DNA of 64,000 bases from an uncultured Solirubrobacteraceae bacterium (GCA_963760785.1 CAVXEL010000001.1:219866-283865); one strand, 5' to 3'; shown: positions 40,207 to 52,702, numbered from the stretch's first letter. The notes: a model not told the origin generated them from the sequence alone. A program made the numbers and translations.

Positions 40207-42650
40207 GTGGCCGGCGTCGTCGACAAGGCGCGCAGCAGCGAGGGAACGATGAGATCGACCTGGATTGCCTCGATCCGCCCCTGGTGATCGCGAAACAGGC
40301 AACGGCCCGAATCGAGTTCCAGCAGCCGCTGGCGCATTCCGCGGTCATCCGGATCCAGGCCGAGCAGGGTCAGCGCCCTGGCCGCCTCCTGCTGCGAGCG
40401 CACCCCGAACACGAATGTCGCTCCGACGAGGCTCTCGAACGACTCGCGCTCCCCGACCAGTGTGTCGTCGACCAGCTGCGTACTGATGATCGGCACGGCC
40501 AGCTCCGAGCGCCCCATTCTCTGAAGCGAGGCGAGCAGCATCCTGCCGATCGGGTCCGCCAGCAGACGCCAGCCCTCATCGAACGAGAAGAGCTTCAGTC
40601 GGCTCCGTTCGGAGCTCATCAGATGGAGCGCGAACATCGCGATCAGTCGCACGATCTGCTCCCCCACCCGCTCGGTGATCGAGTACTCCGAGCGGGCCGC
40701 TCCCGGCGGTGGGGCCGGAAGGTCGCGGATCGGCAGATATGTCACCTGACGACCGCCGACCTCCGGCAGTGCGACCGTCGCGTCGGCGAACCCCAGCTGA
40801 GTGAGGCCCGAACGCGCGTAGACGTCCAAGGTCCGGGCGACCTGGGCGTCGATCTCATCGCCTTCCCCGAGGGCGTGGACCACCTCGCGGCAGGTCGGCG
40901 CTGCGCTCCCTCTGATGACCCGGTCCACCGCACTGACGATGGCCGTCTCCCAGGCGGGCTCGGCGCGAGCTGGGAGCAGATCGCGCAGGAACGAGACGGT
41001 CGCGTCCTGCTTGAGGTGGTCAGGAGCCACCCGGAGCGGATCGAGCATCCCCCGCAGAGCCGGATCCGGCCGCAGGGTGACGCACTCGACGTGCGGCGCG
41101 ACATCCTCCAACAGGTGGAAGCGGTGGTCGCCCTTCGGGTCGCAGTCGATCACGCGCGCCCCCTGCAGGAACCCCTCGTACTGGAGCTTCTGGGCGAGCG
41201 TCGTCTTACCCGAGCCGAGCGCCCCGACGCTGAGAATCGTCGTGTTTCCGTCGCGCTCCGATCCCTCGCTCAGGTTGAACAGAACGGGCCGTCTGGACCC
41301 GGACAGCGTGTGGCCCAGGTAGAACCCGCGTCGGGCTCCGGCGAGATGAGTCGCAGTCGGCATCATCGCCGCGATCTGCTCGGCCGTCAGCGTGTCGTCG
41401 AATCCCGCGACCCTCGTGCGCTGGCCCGGCAGATGCTGCATGAACAGCTGCAGCTGGTCCCCCAGTGGCCGGTGAAGCCGCACCTCGCCGAAGGCGCGCC
41501 TGGTCGACTCGACGCGGGCCTCGAGCTCGCGCTCCGAGCTGGCCCCCACCGCCAGCGCGATCGTCGCCCTGAGCAGAGGCGGCCGACTCGATGCCTGAAG
41601 GTACGTGAGCAGATCGCGAGCCTCCTGGGTGCGCTCGTATCCCAGGTCCGAGACGCCCTGCTCACCGGTGGACTCCGCCCGGAAGATCTGATCGGCGTCC
41701 TGGATCTTCCTGCGTGCCAGCCGCAGCGCCAGCTCGTTTGGCAGGAAACGCGCCGTGAGGCACATGTCGAGCGGGAACGGAAGGCTTTCGGGGGCTGCGA
41801 ACATCAGCTCGGCTCGCGGCCCGGGGAACTGCACGCGCTCTGGAACGGCACCGAGTACCAGCTGCGCCTGCCAGCTCGTACCGAGCTCCGACTCGACCCT
41901 CAGCGATCGGGCCCGGTGCTCGACTTCGCTGTTCGCCCACCTCAGGACGTCGGCCTCGAGCGGGGCGAGAACCGCCTCGCCGTTGCGCTCGAAGACCAGC
42001 GCCCGCGGCTCGTGCAGGCCATCGACCAGCGGCTCGCCGAGACCGCGGCAGAAGGACCTCCGCACGAGCCACTGGAGCTCGACGCCGCGCGCCTGGCGGA
42101 CGGGGACGAACTCCGCCAGGACCGCATGGAGCCGGTCGGCCCGCAACCGCGCGCGCTCCAGCTCGGCGGCGCTGAGCAGGCGTCGGTCGCGCTGCGACAG
42201 CGCACGCCTGGCTGCGTCCCACCAGTCCCGCGGCCGCTGCGTTGCCGCGCGGGAGACGTACGACGCGACGTCGAGCTCTGGCTCGCGCAGGCTCACGACG
42301 ACGAACATCGCCGGCTCAGCCGCGCCGGCTCCGCGGAGACCCTCGAGCTGTTCGCTCAGGTAGCGGCGGCGCTCTGGTTCCCGGCCGAAGCGCTGCGCGC
42401 CGGCAGAGCGCTCGTCAGAATCGACCTGGCCCAGCTCGCGTGCCGCATCCCAGACTCCACAGACCCGCAGGATCTGGACGTCGGCTTCGATCGCCTCCAA
42501 CGCGCCCAGCAGCGTCATGAACCGCTCGCGCTTCTCCTCCTTGTCCAGCCACTCATAGGAGGCGAGCGTCACGGCAAATGCCGCCCAGCCATCCTGAGGG
42601 CCCTCGCCGAAGACGCAGTTGCCGTAGGTGAATGCGATCGGGGGTCTCAC
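40203..42650 (-). CDS. VirB4-like conjugative ATPase (TcpF/ConE-like)
   Basis: Walker A GALGSGKT, IDCDPKGDH, Walker B FSFDEGW, RMGRSE, GRCLFRD. Confidence 0.9.
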   Translation of the reverse strand: MRPPIAFTYGNCVFGEGPQDGWAAFAVTLASYEWLDKEEKRERFMTLLGALEAIEADVQILRVCGVWDAARELGQVDSDERSAGAQRFGREPERRRYLSEQLEGLRGAGAAEPAMFVVVSLREPELDVASYVSRAATQRPRDWWDAARRALSQRDRRLLSAAELERARLRADRLHAVLAEFVPVRQARGVELQWLVRRSFCRGLGEPLVDGLHEPRALVFERNGEAVLAPLEADVLRWANSEVEHRARSLRVESELGTSWQAQLVLGAVPERVQFPGPRAELMFAAPESLPFPLDMCLTARFLPNELALRLARRKIQDADQIFRAESTGEQGVSDLGYERTQEARDLLTYLQASSRPPLLRATIALAVGASSERELEARVESTRRAFGEVRLHRPLGDQLQLFMQHLPGQRTRVAGFDDTLTAEQIAAMMPTATHLAGARRGFYLGHTLSGSRRPVLFNLSEGSERDGNTTILSVGALGSGKTTLAQKLQYEGFLQGARVIDCDPKGDHRFHLLEDVAPHVECVTLRPDPALRGMLDPLRVAPDHLKQDATVSFLRDLLPARAEPAWETAIVSAVDRVIRGSAAPTCREVVHALGEGDEIDAQVARTLDVYARSGLTQLGFADATVALPEVGGRQVTYLPIRDLPAPPPGAARSEYSITERVGEQIVRLIAMFALHLMSSERSRLKLFSFDEGWRLLADPIGRMLLASLQRMGRSELAVPIISTQLVDDTLVGERESFESLVGATFVFGVRSQQEAARALTLLGLDPDDRGMRQRLLELDSGRCLFRDHQGRIEAIQVDLIVPSLLRALSTTPAT

Positions 42651-43270
42651 CTCTTCGATCGACTCCCCGTCGGCGACACCACCACCCGGGCGTCCTTCTC
42701 GAGCAGGATCACCTGCCCAGAGGTCAACGGCCGCTGACCGCCATGTCCCCAGAGCCTCAGGGCCGCGCTTCCGCTCGCCAGTCCGATGCCCTTGCGCTCG
42801 AGCGCTCCCGATCGGCAGTGCTCCACGAGCACCAGCACCGCTCCGGGCCCGGAGTAGCGGAGTCGTCTGAGGCGCGAGTCCGAGCCGTCGGGAAGGATCA
42901 GCAGCTCGGGCGGCGCCCACCGCGCGCCGACCGTCGAGGGCGGCTGCAGACGACACAGACGGCGCGGCATCACACGCATGCGCAGCCGAGCCCACGCAGC
43001 GAGGTGAAAGGCTCGGCCATCGATCCGCACCACCGCAAGCACCGCCGCCAGCCCTCCCGGTGCAGCCAGGTCGCGCAGGTACCAGGGGATTGCTCGAGCC
43101 AGGCCCCCGATGATCGGCGCGGCGCTGAGGAGCAACGCGAACCAGATGGCGACCAGCAGATAGACGACACCGCGGACCGGCACCCCTGTCGGGTTCAAGC
43201 GCAGTCTGTCGATGCTGTAGATACGCCGCTCCAGGTCGAAGACGCGGCGATACGAGCGGATCTCGATCAC
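42647..43270 (-). CDS. TcpE-family (VirB3-like) conjugal transfer membrane protein
   Basis: IRSYRRVFDLERRIYSID, two TM helices, IDGR; directly upstream of VirB4. Confidence 0.8.
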   Translation of the reverse strand: MIEIRSYRRVFDLERRIYSIDRLRLNPTGVPVRGVVYLLVAIWFALLLSAAPIIGGLARAIPWYLRDLAAPGGLAAVLAVVRIDGRAFHLAAWARLRMRVMPRRLCRLQPPSTVGARWAPPELLILPDGSDSRLRRLRYSGPGAVLVLVEHCRSGALERKGIGLASGSAALRLWGHGGQRPLTSGQVILLEKDARVVVSPTGSRSKR

Positions 43271-43659
43271 TGCGATCCGAACAGGGAGGCGACCGTGTCA
43301 CGCAGCAGGCTCACGCCCGCCGGCGTCGCCAGCAGAACCGCGACGATCCCGACAGCGCAGACGCTGGCGGCCTCCTTGAAGTCCCTTCGGAAGGCCAGCA
43401 CGGTGGCCGCCACGGCAAGGGCGAGCCCGATCAGGCTCATCGCCACCGCGCGGCCTGTTTCACCTGCCCTGGCCGCCGCTGATTCGAGCGAGTTCGCTCC
43501 CCCTCCCGGACTCTGCGCGCGTGCCATCCCTGCTGGTTCCGTGCCCCGCACCGCCGCCCTCGCCGACGGCACGGCTGCGTTGCAGCACAGAGAAGCCAGC
43601 AGGACGGCCATGCACCAACGCAGACGGCCGGCAGCGAGGATTCTCGCGGCCTCATGCAT
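43267..43659 (-). CDS. Pilin/VirB2(TrbC)-like small membrane protein
   Basis: Signal-like N-terminus and two hydrophobic helices joined by FRRDF. Confidence 0.6.
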   Translation of the reverse strand: MHEAARILAAGRLRWCMAVLLASLCCNAAVPSARAAVRGTEPAGMARAQSPGGGANSLESAAARAGETGRAVAMSLIGLALAVAATVLAFRRDFKEAASVCAVGIVAVLLATPAGVSLLRDTVASLFGSQ

Positions 43660-44521
43660 CGGGGTCGGCCTGAACAGCGGAGATCTCCCAGCGCCCCTGA
43701 GATCTGGTCACGTCGAGTTCGTACGACAGCGTGTAACGGACGCCACGGCCGTCCGATGCCTGGAGAACCGCGAGCACCGAGGCGCCGCCGGGAACCCATG
43801 TGGGCCGCTGCATCGCCTGCAGTCGCAGGGGATTGGTCGGAAGCGACACCCGCGCGCCGGTCGTCAGGTCTGCCGCGAGCTCGTTCGAGGAGCCCGAGAG
43901 GTAGTTCGCCAGCGCTCTGCGCACAACCACTTCAAGCGACTGGTCTTCCACGGGCGGGAGGTGTTGCGGTGGATCGGCCGGTGCGCTCGCTGGCGCGCCC
44001 ACGAACGCCGGATAGCCCGAGAGCGCCAGCGCGCCGCTGCCCGTGCGCGTGACGCCGACCGTGAGGTACTGGAGTCCGGCGGAGTCCGTCTGCGCGGCGA
44101 CCGTGTAGACGTGGCTGCCTGGCTGGGGTTCACGGCCCTGCACGACTTCAGCCCAGGAGACCTGCTCCGATCCGGACGTCGGCAGCGCCAGCCCGGCATC
44201 CGGTTCGATTCCACCACCGGCGAACGGCTCGAGGCTCTTGGTCGCGCCCAGCGGATCCGACGCGTTCCACGTGAGGTAACGACGGGCAAAGAGGACGGCA
44301 TATGCCTCCGCCGCACGATCCGGCTCAGCCGCCACACGGATCGGCGTCGGGCCATCGGCAGGCTGGGGAGGCGCGATCGCGAAGCGAGCACTCGCGGCCA
44401 CTCCCATCACCGACACGGCACCCAGCAGGTACCGGGGCATTTCCCGGGCGACACGAAGCCTCCACAGCGACCGCGTCTGCAGGCGTACGTGAGGGCGGTG
44501 ATGGTCCGAGTGGCCCGTCAA
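43652..44521 (-). CDS. TcpC-family (VirB8-like) conjugal transfer protein
   Basis: One TM helix, AVLFARRYLTW, YLTVGV, YTLSYELDV...WEISAV; TTG start overlaps the upstream stop. Confidence 0.8.
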   Translation of the reverse strand: MTGHSDHHRPHVRLQTRSLWRLRVAREMPRYLLGAVSVMGVAASARFAIAPPQPADGPTPIRVAAEPDRAAEAYAVLFARRYLTWNASDPLGATKSLEPFAGGGIEPDAGLALPTSGSEQVSWAEVVQGREPQPGSHVYTVAAQTDSAGLQYLTVGVTRTGSGALALSGYPAFVGAPASAPADPPQHLPPVEDQSLEVVVRRALANYLSGSSNELAADLTTGARVSLPTNPLRLQAMQRPTWVPGGASVLAVLQASDGRGVRYTLSYELDVTRSQGRWEISAVQADPDA

Positions 44522-45009
44522 CGCTCGAAGCCGAACTCGGATTCCTGCCCGGATCCCCCACCGGCCCACGCGGCGCCCGCCGGAGGGGTCGACACGGCCT
44601 GGCGCGGCGGCGAAGCTCGGGGGACCCGTCGAGCCTCCCCGGAGCGCGCGTGGGGTCCCAGTCGCCTCGCGGCAACCGGTCGGGTGTCCCGCCGCGACCG
44701 CCCCGCCCCGCGATCGGGGGGCCGCGGGGTCGGCGCCGAGACGGAGGATGCGATTCGCCCCCGATCGACAGGCGACGACGGGCTCCGACCGTCGGACGGC
44801 CGACCGGTCGAGGCGAACTCGACGACCACCGCCAGGAGCACCGCTCCGGCTACGACGACAAGCGCCAGCGGGGGCAGAATCCCAGTAGCGCCCCGCGCGC
44901 CGGCAGCGCCCTGAGGATCAGGTGGCTCGACAGTCGCCGCGTCCGCGGACAGGAACTCCTCCTCGCCGAAGACGCGATAGACCTGCCGCGGCGCGCGACG
45001 GATCACCAC
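44518..45009 (-). CDS. Hypothetical single-TM protein ending EFGFER
   Basis: Start and stop overlap neighbours in the T4SS operon; RQVYRVFGEEEFL N-terminus; one TM helix. Confidence 0.6.
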   Translation of the reverse strand: MVIRRAPRQVYRVFGEEEFLSADAATVEPPDPQGAAGARGATGILPPLALVVVAGAVLLAVVVEFASTGRPSDGRSPSSPVDRGRIASSVSAPTPRPPDRGAGRSRRDTRPVAARRLGPHARSGEARRVPRASPPRQAVSTPPAGAAWAGGGSGQESEFGFER

Positions 45010-45176
45010 CCTGCACCCTCACCGGCGTCGCATCCGCGGACGGCCGGCAGCCGGACGCGGGAGAGCTCCGGCTGCCGGCCGCCTTCGCGGGCCAGGGCTG
45101 CACCGAGCCGTCGTGAGTGAGACCGACAGCCGGCGGCCCGGGCGGCACGCCCATGAGTGGGGGGGTGTTGGGTCAT
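45003..45176 (-). CDS. Possible short leader ORF of the T4SS operon (57 aa)
   Basis: ATG at 45176; its TGA overlaps the GTG start of the next gene; low complexity. Confidence 0.3.
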   Translation of the reverse strand: MTQHPPTHGRAARAAGCRSHSRRLGAALAREGGRQPELSRVRLPAVRGCDAGEGAGW

Positions 45177-45307
45177 AGGCGTGTCGGCGACTGTTCCGAC
45201 GCCTGCACAGCCGGCGGGACAGAGGCAGGCGAATCCGTGGAAAGCCCGGCCCGTTTCCAGGGGCATCCCCTGATTCCGGGCGCCCGCCGAGGCGAGATCC
45301 TTCCCCC

Positions 45308-45589
45308 ATGACCGACAACGAGCCCGAGCCGACCAGCGACCGCGAGCTAGCTCTGTCACGGCTGCGCAAGCGACGCGACTTCCACAGCCAGCTGGTCGCC
45401 TTCGTGGTGATCAACGCGGCGATCTGGGCGATCTGGGCCGCCGTCGGCGGCGGCTACCCGTGGCCGGCCTGGTTCACCGGCGCCTGGTCGATCGGCCTCG
45501 TCCTGACCGCCTGGGAGGTCTACTTCCGGGCACCGATCACCGAGGCCGACATACGGCACGAGACCGAACGGCTCCAGCATCAGCACTGA
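45308..45589 (+). CDS. 2TM domain-containing protein
   Basis: RLRKRRDFHSQLVAFVVIN, YPWPAW, WSIGLV. Confidence 0.85.
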   Translation: MTDNEPEPTSDRELALSRLRKRRDFHSQLVAFVVINAAIWAIWAAVGGGYPWPAWFTGAWSIGLVLTAWEVYFRAPITEADIRHETERLQHQH

Positions 45590-45596
45590 CAGACCC

Positions 45597-46136
45597 GTGG
45601 CCATCGTCCCGCCCCCGACGACCAGCCCGACCCGGCGTGATCCCGGGAGCGCCCGGCGTCTCGTCCTCTCCTCGCTTGCCGCCTTTCCGGTGCTCGCCTC
45701 CCGCGGAGAGCTCCGATTGGCGATTTCACGCCTCGGCCAGAGCTACCGGCTCTGCGATGGACGCTCCTACCGGGTGTTCCGCGAGACGGTCAGGCCGCTG
45801 CCCGACGGCCCTCGCGCGGTCATCGAGGTCGGGTTCACGTTGAAGCTGGTCCGTTCCGCCTCGCTGCCGCATTGGATGTTCCAGCGACTGTGCATCCTCA
45901 CCACGCCCTTCTGGAGCGGCTTCGAGGGGTTCGGCACCAAGCTCTGGATGGTCGAGCCGCGGGCGGGGCGCTACGCCGGCATCTACGAGTGGGGAGGCGC
46001 CGACGCCGCCCACGCCTATCTCGACGTGCTGCTGCCCGTGCTCCGGTTCGTGTCCGTCTCAGGCTCGGTCTTCTCGGAGCTTCACCCCGACACCGAGCTC
46101 GCGGACTTCCTGCCCGAGCGTCGTCGAAGCCCCTAG
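45597..46136 (+). CDS. Hypothetical protein with YdhR/monooxygenase-like C-terminus
   Basis: GFEGFGTKLWM...YAGIYEW...AHAYL. Confidence 0.7.
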   Translation: MAIVPPPTTSPTRRDPGSARRLVLSSLAAFPVLASRGELRLAISRLGQSYRLCDGRSYRVFRETVRPLPDGPRAVIEVGFTLKLVRSASLPHWMFQRLCILTTPFWSGFEGFGTKLWMVEPRAGRYAGIYEWGGADAAHAYLDVLLPVLRFVSVSGSVFSELHPDTELADFLPERRRSP

Positions 46137-46744
46137 TCGACGCCCGAGTCGCTGGCGGACATCAGCTCCCGCAGCCGAGCCCGAGCCCGCTGTGCGACCT
46201 TGCGGTACTTCTCGGCGCTCCAACCATGTGCGCGGCAGAAATCCGGGCAGGACACCTGCGCCAGCTGCGAGGCCAGGACCAGACGCTGGTCCGCCGTGAG
46301 GGCCCGGCAACCTTTCCGCAGCTCGTCCAGGCTCTCGCGGGCGACCACAAGCCGCTCCGGCTCGCAGCGGGTGTCGGGCAGCTCCAGCCGCACTTCGGTG
46401 GCCTCGAACGGGACCGCTCCCTCCAACGCCGCCTGGATCGGGCTGCGGCCCGACAGCGCCCTGCGGCGGTCCTGCACCCTCGCGAGGAAACGCTGCTCCA
46501 GCGCGTTGGCGATGTGGGCCCTGCTCGAGAACGGCCGGCCCGCCCTGGCCAGGACGACAAGCTCGAGCGTCGCCTGGCTGTAGCAGTCCTCGAGGTCCTC
46601 CGCGCGAAGCCTACGTCTGTGCACCCGGAGCAGCACGTCGCGCTTGGCGCGGGCGACCAGCGCGATCGCCTCTGCGGGGTCACCCGCGCCGGGACGGGCG
46701 CCCGCCCGTCCCTGTCTCCACTCATATCCCGATCTCTGCTCCAC
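46133..46744 (-). CDS. Sigma-70 ECF-like factor
   Basis: Region-2-like EDLEDCYSQATLELV; region-4-like LTADQRLVL...GWSAEKYRKVAQRARARLRELM. Confidence 0.72.
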   Translation of the reverse strand: MEQRSGYEWRQGRAGARPGAGDPAEAIALVARAKRDVLLRVHRRRLRAEDLEDCYSQATLELVVLARAGRPFSSRAHIANALEQRFLARVQDRRRALSGRSPIQAALEGAVPFEATEVRLELPDTRCEPERLVVARESLDELRKGCRALTADQRLVLASQLAQVSCPDFCRAHGWSAEKYRKVAQRARARLRELMSASDSGVD

Positions 46745-46917
46745 ATCACGATGTCGACCGCCGGCCCGGCGAGGCCCCCCTCCCTTTCGCCCGGCCCCCT
46801 CGGACACCCGGCCAGTGCCTGTCCGAGCCGATCGGGTAGACCAGAGGTCATGACCACCGATCTGACATCGCCGGCGGGGACGCTTATCCGCCGGTCAACC
46901 CCTCGGCGCGTCCGGCG

Positions 46918-47883
46918 ATGGAGCGGGCGGTGAGCCTCACCGATCGCCTCCACGCCCTGGACCGCCGCCAGCAGGCGAGCCGGGTCCTCAGCTTCCCCGC
47001 GGCTGTCATCAAGAAGTTCAGCGACGACCAGGGCGGCCAGCTCGCAGCGCTGATCGCCTACTACGGCTTCGTCTCGCTCTTCCCCCTGCTGCTCGTCTTC
47101 GTGACGATCCTCGGCTTCGTCCTGCAGGGCAACCCCGATCTGAAGAAGCAGATCCTCGACGGCACCCTGGGCCAGGTGCCCATCATCAGCGACCAGCTCA
47201 AACTGCACTCGCTGCATGGCAGCGGCCTGGCGCTGGCCGTCGGGATCGTCGGCTCGCTGCTGGCCGGCCTCGGCATCACCGGCGCCACCCAGAACGCCCT
47301 CGACCGGATCTGGGCTGTCCCCTTCAAGCGCCGCGCCGACTTCCTGCACTCCCGGCTGCGCGGGCTGGCGATGCTGGCGATCCTCGGCACGCTGTCCGTC
47401 GTCTCGACCGTCGCCGCCGGCTTCGTCGGCACGACCAGCCACCCCGCACTCTCCGTGGTCGCGGGCGTGCTGGTCGCCTTCGCCTTCAACCTCGCCCTGT
47501 TCATGGTCGCCTTCAAACTGCTCACCGCCGCGGATTTGTCCTGGCGGACGCTGATGCCAGGCGTCGTCACCGCCGCGGTCTTCTGGCAGCTGCTGCAGCA
47601 CCTCGGCGGCTACTACGTCGACCACGTCCTCAAGCGCACCACTCCCCTCTACGGCGTCTTCGCCCTGGTCCTGGGCCTGCTGGCCTGGATCTACCTGGGC
47701 GCCCAGCTGACGATCGTGGCCGCCGAGGTCAACGCCGTCAGAGCCCGGCGCCTGTGGCCACGGAGCTTCTTCTCCGAGCCGCTGCTCGAGGCCGATCGCC
47801 GCGCGCTGAGGTCCTCGGCCGAGATCGAGGAGCGCCTCGAGCAGGAGGACGTGCAGGTCAGCTTCGACGAGCCGTCCGGCTGA
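46918..47883 (+). CDS. YihY/BrkB family membrane protein
   Basis: AALIAYYGFVSLFPLLL, QNALDRIW, YGVFALVLGLLAWIYL, AEVNA. Confidence 0.93.
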   Translation: MERAVSLTDRLHALDRRQQASRVLSFPAAVIKKFSDDQGGQLAALIAYYGFVSLFPLLLVFVTILGFVLQGNPDLKKQILDGTLGQVPIISDQLKLHSLHGSGLALAVGIVGSLLAGLGITGATQNALDRIWAVPFKRRADFLHSRLRGLAMLAILGTLSVVSTVAAGFVGTTSHPALSVVAGVLVAFAFNLALFMVAFKLLTAADLSWRTLMPGVVTAAVFWQLLQHLGGYYVDHVLKRTTPLYGVFALVLGLLAWIYLGAQLTIVAAEVNAVRARRLWPRSFFSEPLLEADRRALRSSAEIEERLEQEDVQVSFDEPSG

Positions 47884-47987
47884 GGCCGTCCTTTCGCCCA
47901 CCACTGTGCCGGAGCGGTCATCTCGCGACCCGGAAATCCTCAAGAAACGGCTCTGCAATGCGGGTTTCCAGCATCTCCCAGAGGTAC

Positions 47988-48015
47988 TTGCATCCGCAAC
48001 CAAAAGCGCTATACT
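47988..48015 (+). promoter_or_regulatory. Putative housekeeping-sigma promoter of lon
   Basis: TTGCAT-N16-TATACT in an AT-rich patch about 40 nt before the lon ATG. Confidence 0.6.
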
Positions 48016-48054
48016 AACTAAACTTTCGTAAGCTCATATGGAGCCAGAACCCAC

Positions 48055-50392
<2,338 letters not shown>

Positions 50393-50412
<20 letters not shown>

Positions 50413-50716
50413 ATGTGAGCCCGTGCCGCTCGAGGTCAGGGAGGCTGCCTCCCTGCTCGAGCGGCGCTGGCAGCTCTCGATCCTCTACGCCGCTCTGACC
50501 GGAGCCCTGCGCTTCAACGAGTTCGCAGAGGCGGTCGCGGGGATCTCGCCGCGCATGCTCTCCGAGCGACTGCGGGATCTCGAGGCCGCCGGCCTGGTCG
50601 ACCGCACCGTCCTGCCCACCAGCCCCCCCACGGTGGAGTACAGGCTCACCGAGCGGGGTCGGCGGCTCGGGCCGCTGATCGAGGCGATGCGGGATTACGC
50701 CCGGCAGCCCGTCTAG
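50393..50716 (+). CDS. HxlR-family winged-helix regulator
   Basis: RWQLSIL, LRFNEF, ISPRMLSERLRDLE, PPTVEYRLTERG. Confidence 0.92.
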
Positions 50717-50736
50717 CGACGGCCTGCCGGGCTCGC

Positions 50737-52702
50737 TCAGCCGTTCACCAGGAACGCCGCCTGCTGGCGGTGACCGTGGCCGATCGTGTCGGTCGCGCTC
50801 AGCACGTAGCTGCCCTTGGCGAGCGTGCGCCCCGCCAGGCGCCCCGTGAAGCGGAACGAGTTCGAGCCGGCGCCGCCCTGCCGAGTGAAGGAGCCGTGCA
50901 GTTTGAGGTGCAGGATGCAGCGCCCGCCGTGGCGCCCGTGTCCCGGCGCCAGGCAGACGTTGCCCAGCTTGACGCCGTGCACGACACGGGCGACCGTGAA
51001 CGTCACGGCGCCCCCCACGTCGTGCATCGTGAAGGTCACCCGCGCCCCGGCCCGCGCGCTCGCCACGCTGCCCCCGCGATGCGCCGCCTTGAACGCAACC
51101 GGCTTGATGCTCAGGCCTGAGAGCCCGTTGAGCGGGTTGAAGCACTTCTGCGATTCACCGCAGCCGCCACACGGTTCGACGATGCAGACCGTCACCGGAC
51201 GCACCGACAGCTGGACCGTCGCCGATCCAGTCACACCCAGCGCGTCCGTCGCCGTCAGGGTCGCCGTGTGCATGCCCGCCGTCTTGAAGTAGTGCACAGC
51301 GCTCGCGCCGGCCGGGACGACCCCCCCATCGTCGAAGCTCCACTGGTAGCTCGTGATCGCGTCGCCCGGTTCGGGAGCGCTCGCCGACCCGCTCAGCGTG
51401 ACGTACTGCCCTGCGAAGGGCGAGTTGTTGCTCGTCCACGCGCCGACTTCCGGCGCGCGCCACTGGTACTCGTAGGCGCCCACGTCGCGGCGGCCGTGGA
51501 CGATGCGCGGGTTGCCCGCCAGGTCGGTTTCCGATTCGCCCCCCGCCAGCACGCCGGGCGCACCAGCGTCGATCAGGGGGGAGCTCGCAGCCAGCCGCCA
51601 GTCGCCTTCGCTGAAGCCTTTGTCGCCGAGCACCGCGCCGACGAAGCCCGCAGCGCCCGACACCGGATGTTCGGCCACCAGCGGGTCCGCACCCCCTTTT
51701 TCGACGATCACGTCGCCCGCCGCTTCGTAGCTCGAGTACGCCGTCTTGACTTCCGCCGTCATCCCGCTGCCTTCCGTTTCCTGGCGCACCGCATGTCCGA
51801 GGCCGTACAGGACCGAGTCTTCCAGCAGGACGTTGGACGTGACGCCGCTTTTCGCGTAGGCGCGCACTTCCAGCCCGATCGAGTTCGCCCCGCCGTTGAC
51901 GATCGTCAGGCCGCGCAGCGTCGCGGTGGCGTTGCCGGTGCCGTTTGCCGCCACCGCGACCCCTCTGGCCGACGAGCTGCCGCGCAGGTCTATCAGCGAG
52001 TCTTCGACCGTCAGTTTGGGGTAGAAGGTTTCGATGCCGACAAGACCGCTGCTGATGCGGCAGCGCCGAAGGACCATCGTCGTCGAGCCCTGAACCCCGT
52101 AGCGGCCCATGATCGTCGAGTCGGTCATTTCCCCGCCGGGGCCGCCGAAGTTGACGGCCGTGTTCGTGCCTTCTTCATCCATCTCGACCGTCCCGTGCCT
52201 GAAGACCCCGGCGTCGATCCGCAGCCCCACGGGCTGGGCTATGAGGTTGCCGCCGCCCGTGATGGCCACGTCTTCGACCGTGCCTCCGTTCAGCAGCAGC
52301 CCCTCGGCGCTTTCGAAGTCCGATGTTTCGACGCCAACGCCCTTGAGCGTGGAGCCGGCGCTGCTTAGCGTGAAGGTCACACCTTTTGTGCTGTCCGCGA
52401 GCAGCGTGTCGCCGGAGCCGGCTCCGCGGATCGTGACGGCTTCCGCGCCCGAGTAGTGAAAGCCCCCCGCGCGTCTCGAACCTTTTGGGCCCGATCAGGA
52501 CGGAGTTCGGACCCGGGTGGTTTTTTTCCGCGTCTTCCAGCGCGGTTTGCAGCGCTTCGCCGTTTTCCCCCACCTCGGTCCCCGAGCACGACGGCTCTGC
52601 CACGCAGTAGACGTTCCCGAGCGCCACGCCCGGGAGCGCGAGCCCGATCGCCAACGCCGCCGCCGGCACGAGCATGCACCTGCGCAGAGAGCTCCGGCTC
52701 AC
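50737..52702 (-). CDS. Secreted beta-helix/choice-of-anchor-Q-like protein with PKD domain (frameshift near 52465)
   Basis: Signal peptide; WRLAASSPLIDAG...DLAGNPR...DVGAYE; YQWSFDDG...HTATLTATD. Confidence 0.8.

Noticed and set aside
36468-46744. Calling the T4SS region a complete ICE or mobile element
   Set aside because: No integrase, relaxase, coupling protein or att repeats found; reported instead as a candidate domesticated system.
52463-52468. Phase variation at the C6 tract frameshifting the PKD protein
   Set aside because: The tract is short and sits at the start of an indel-rich block; a homopolymer error is more likely.
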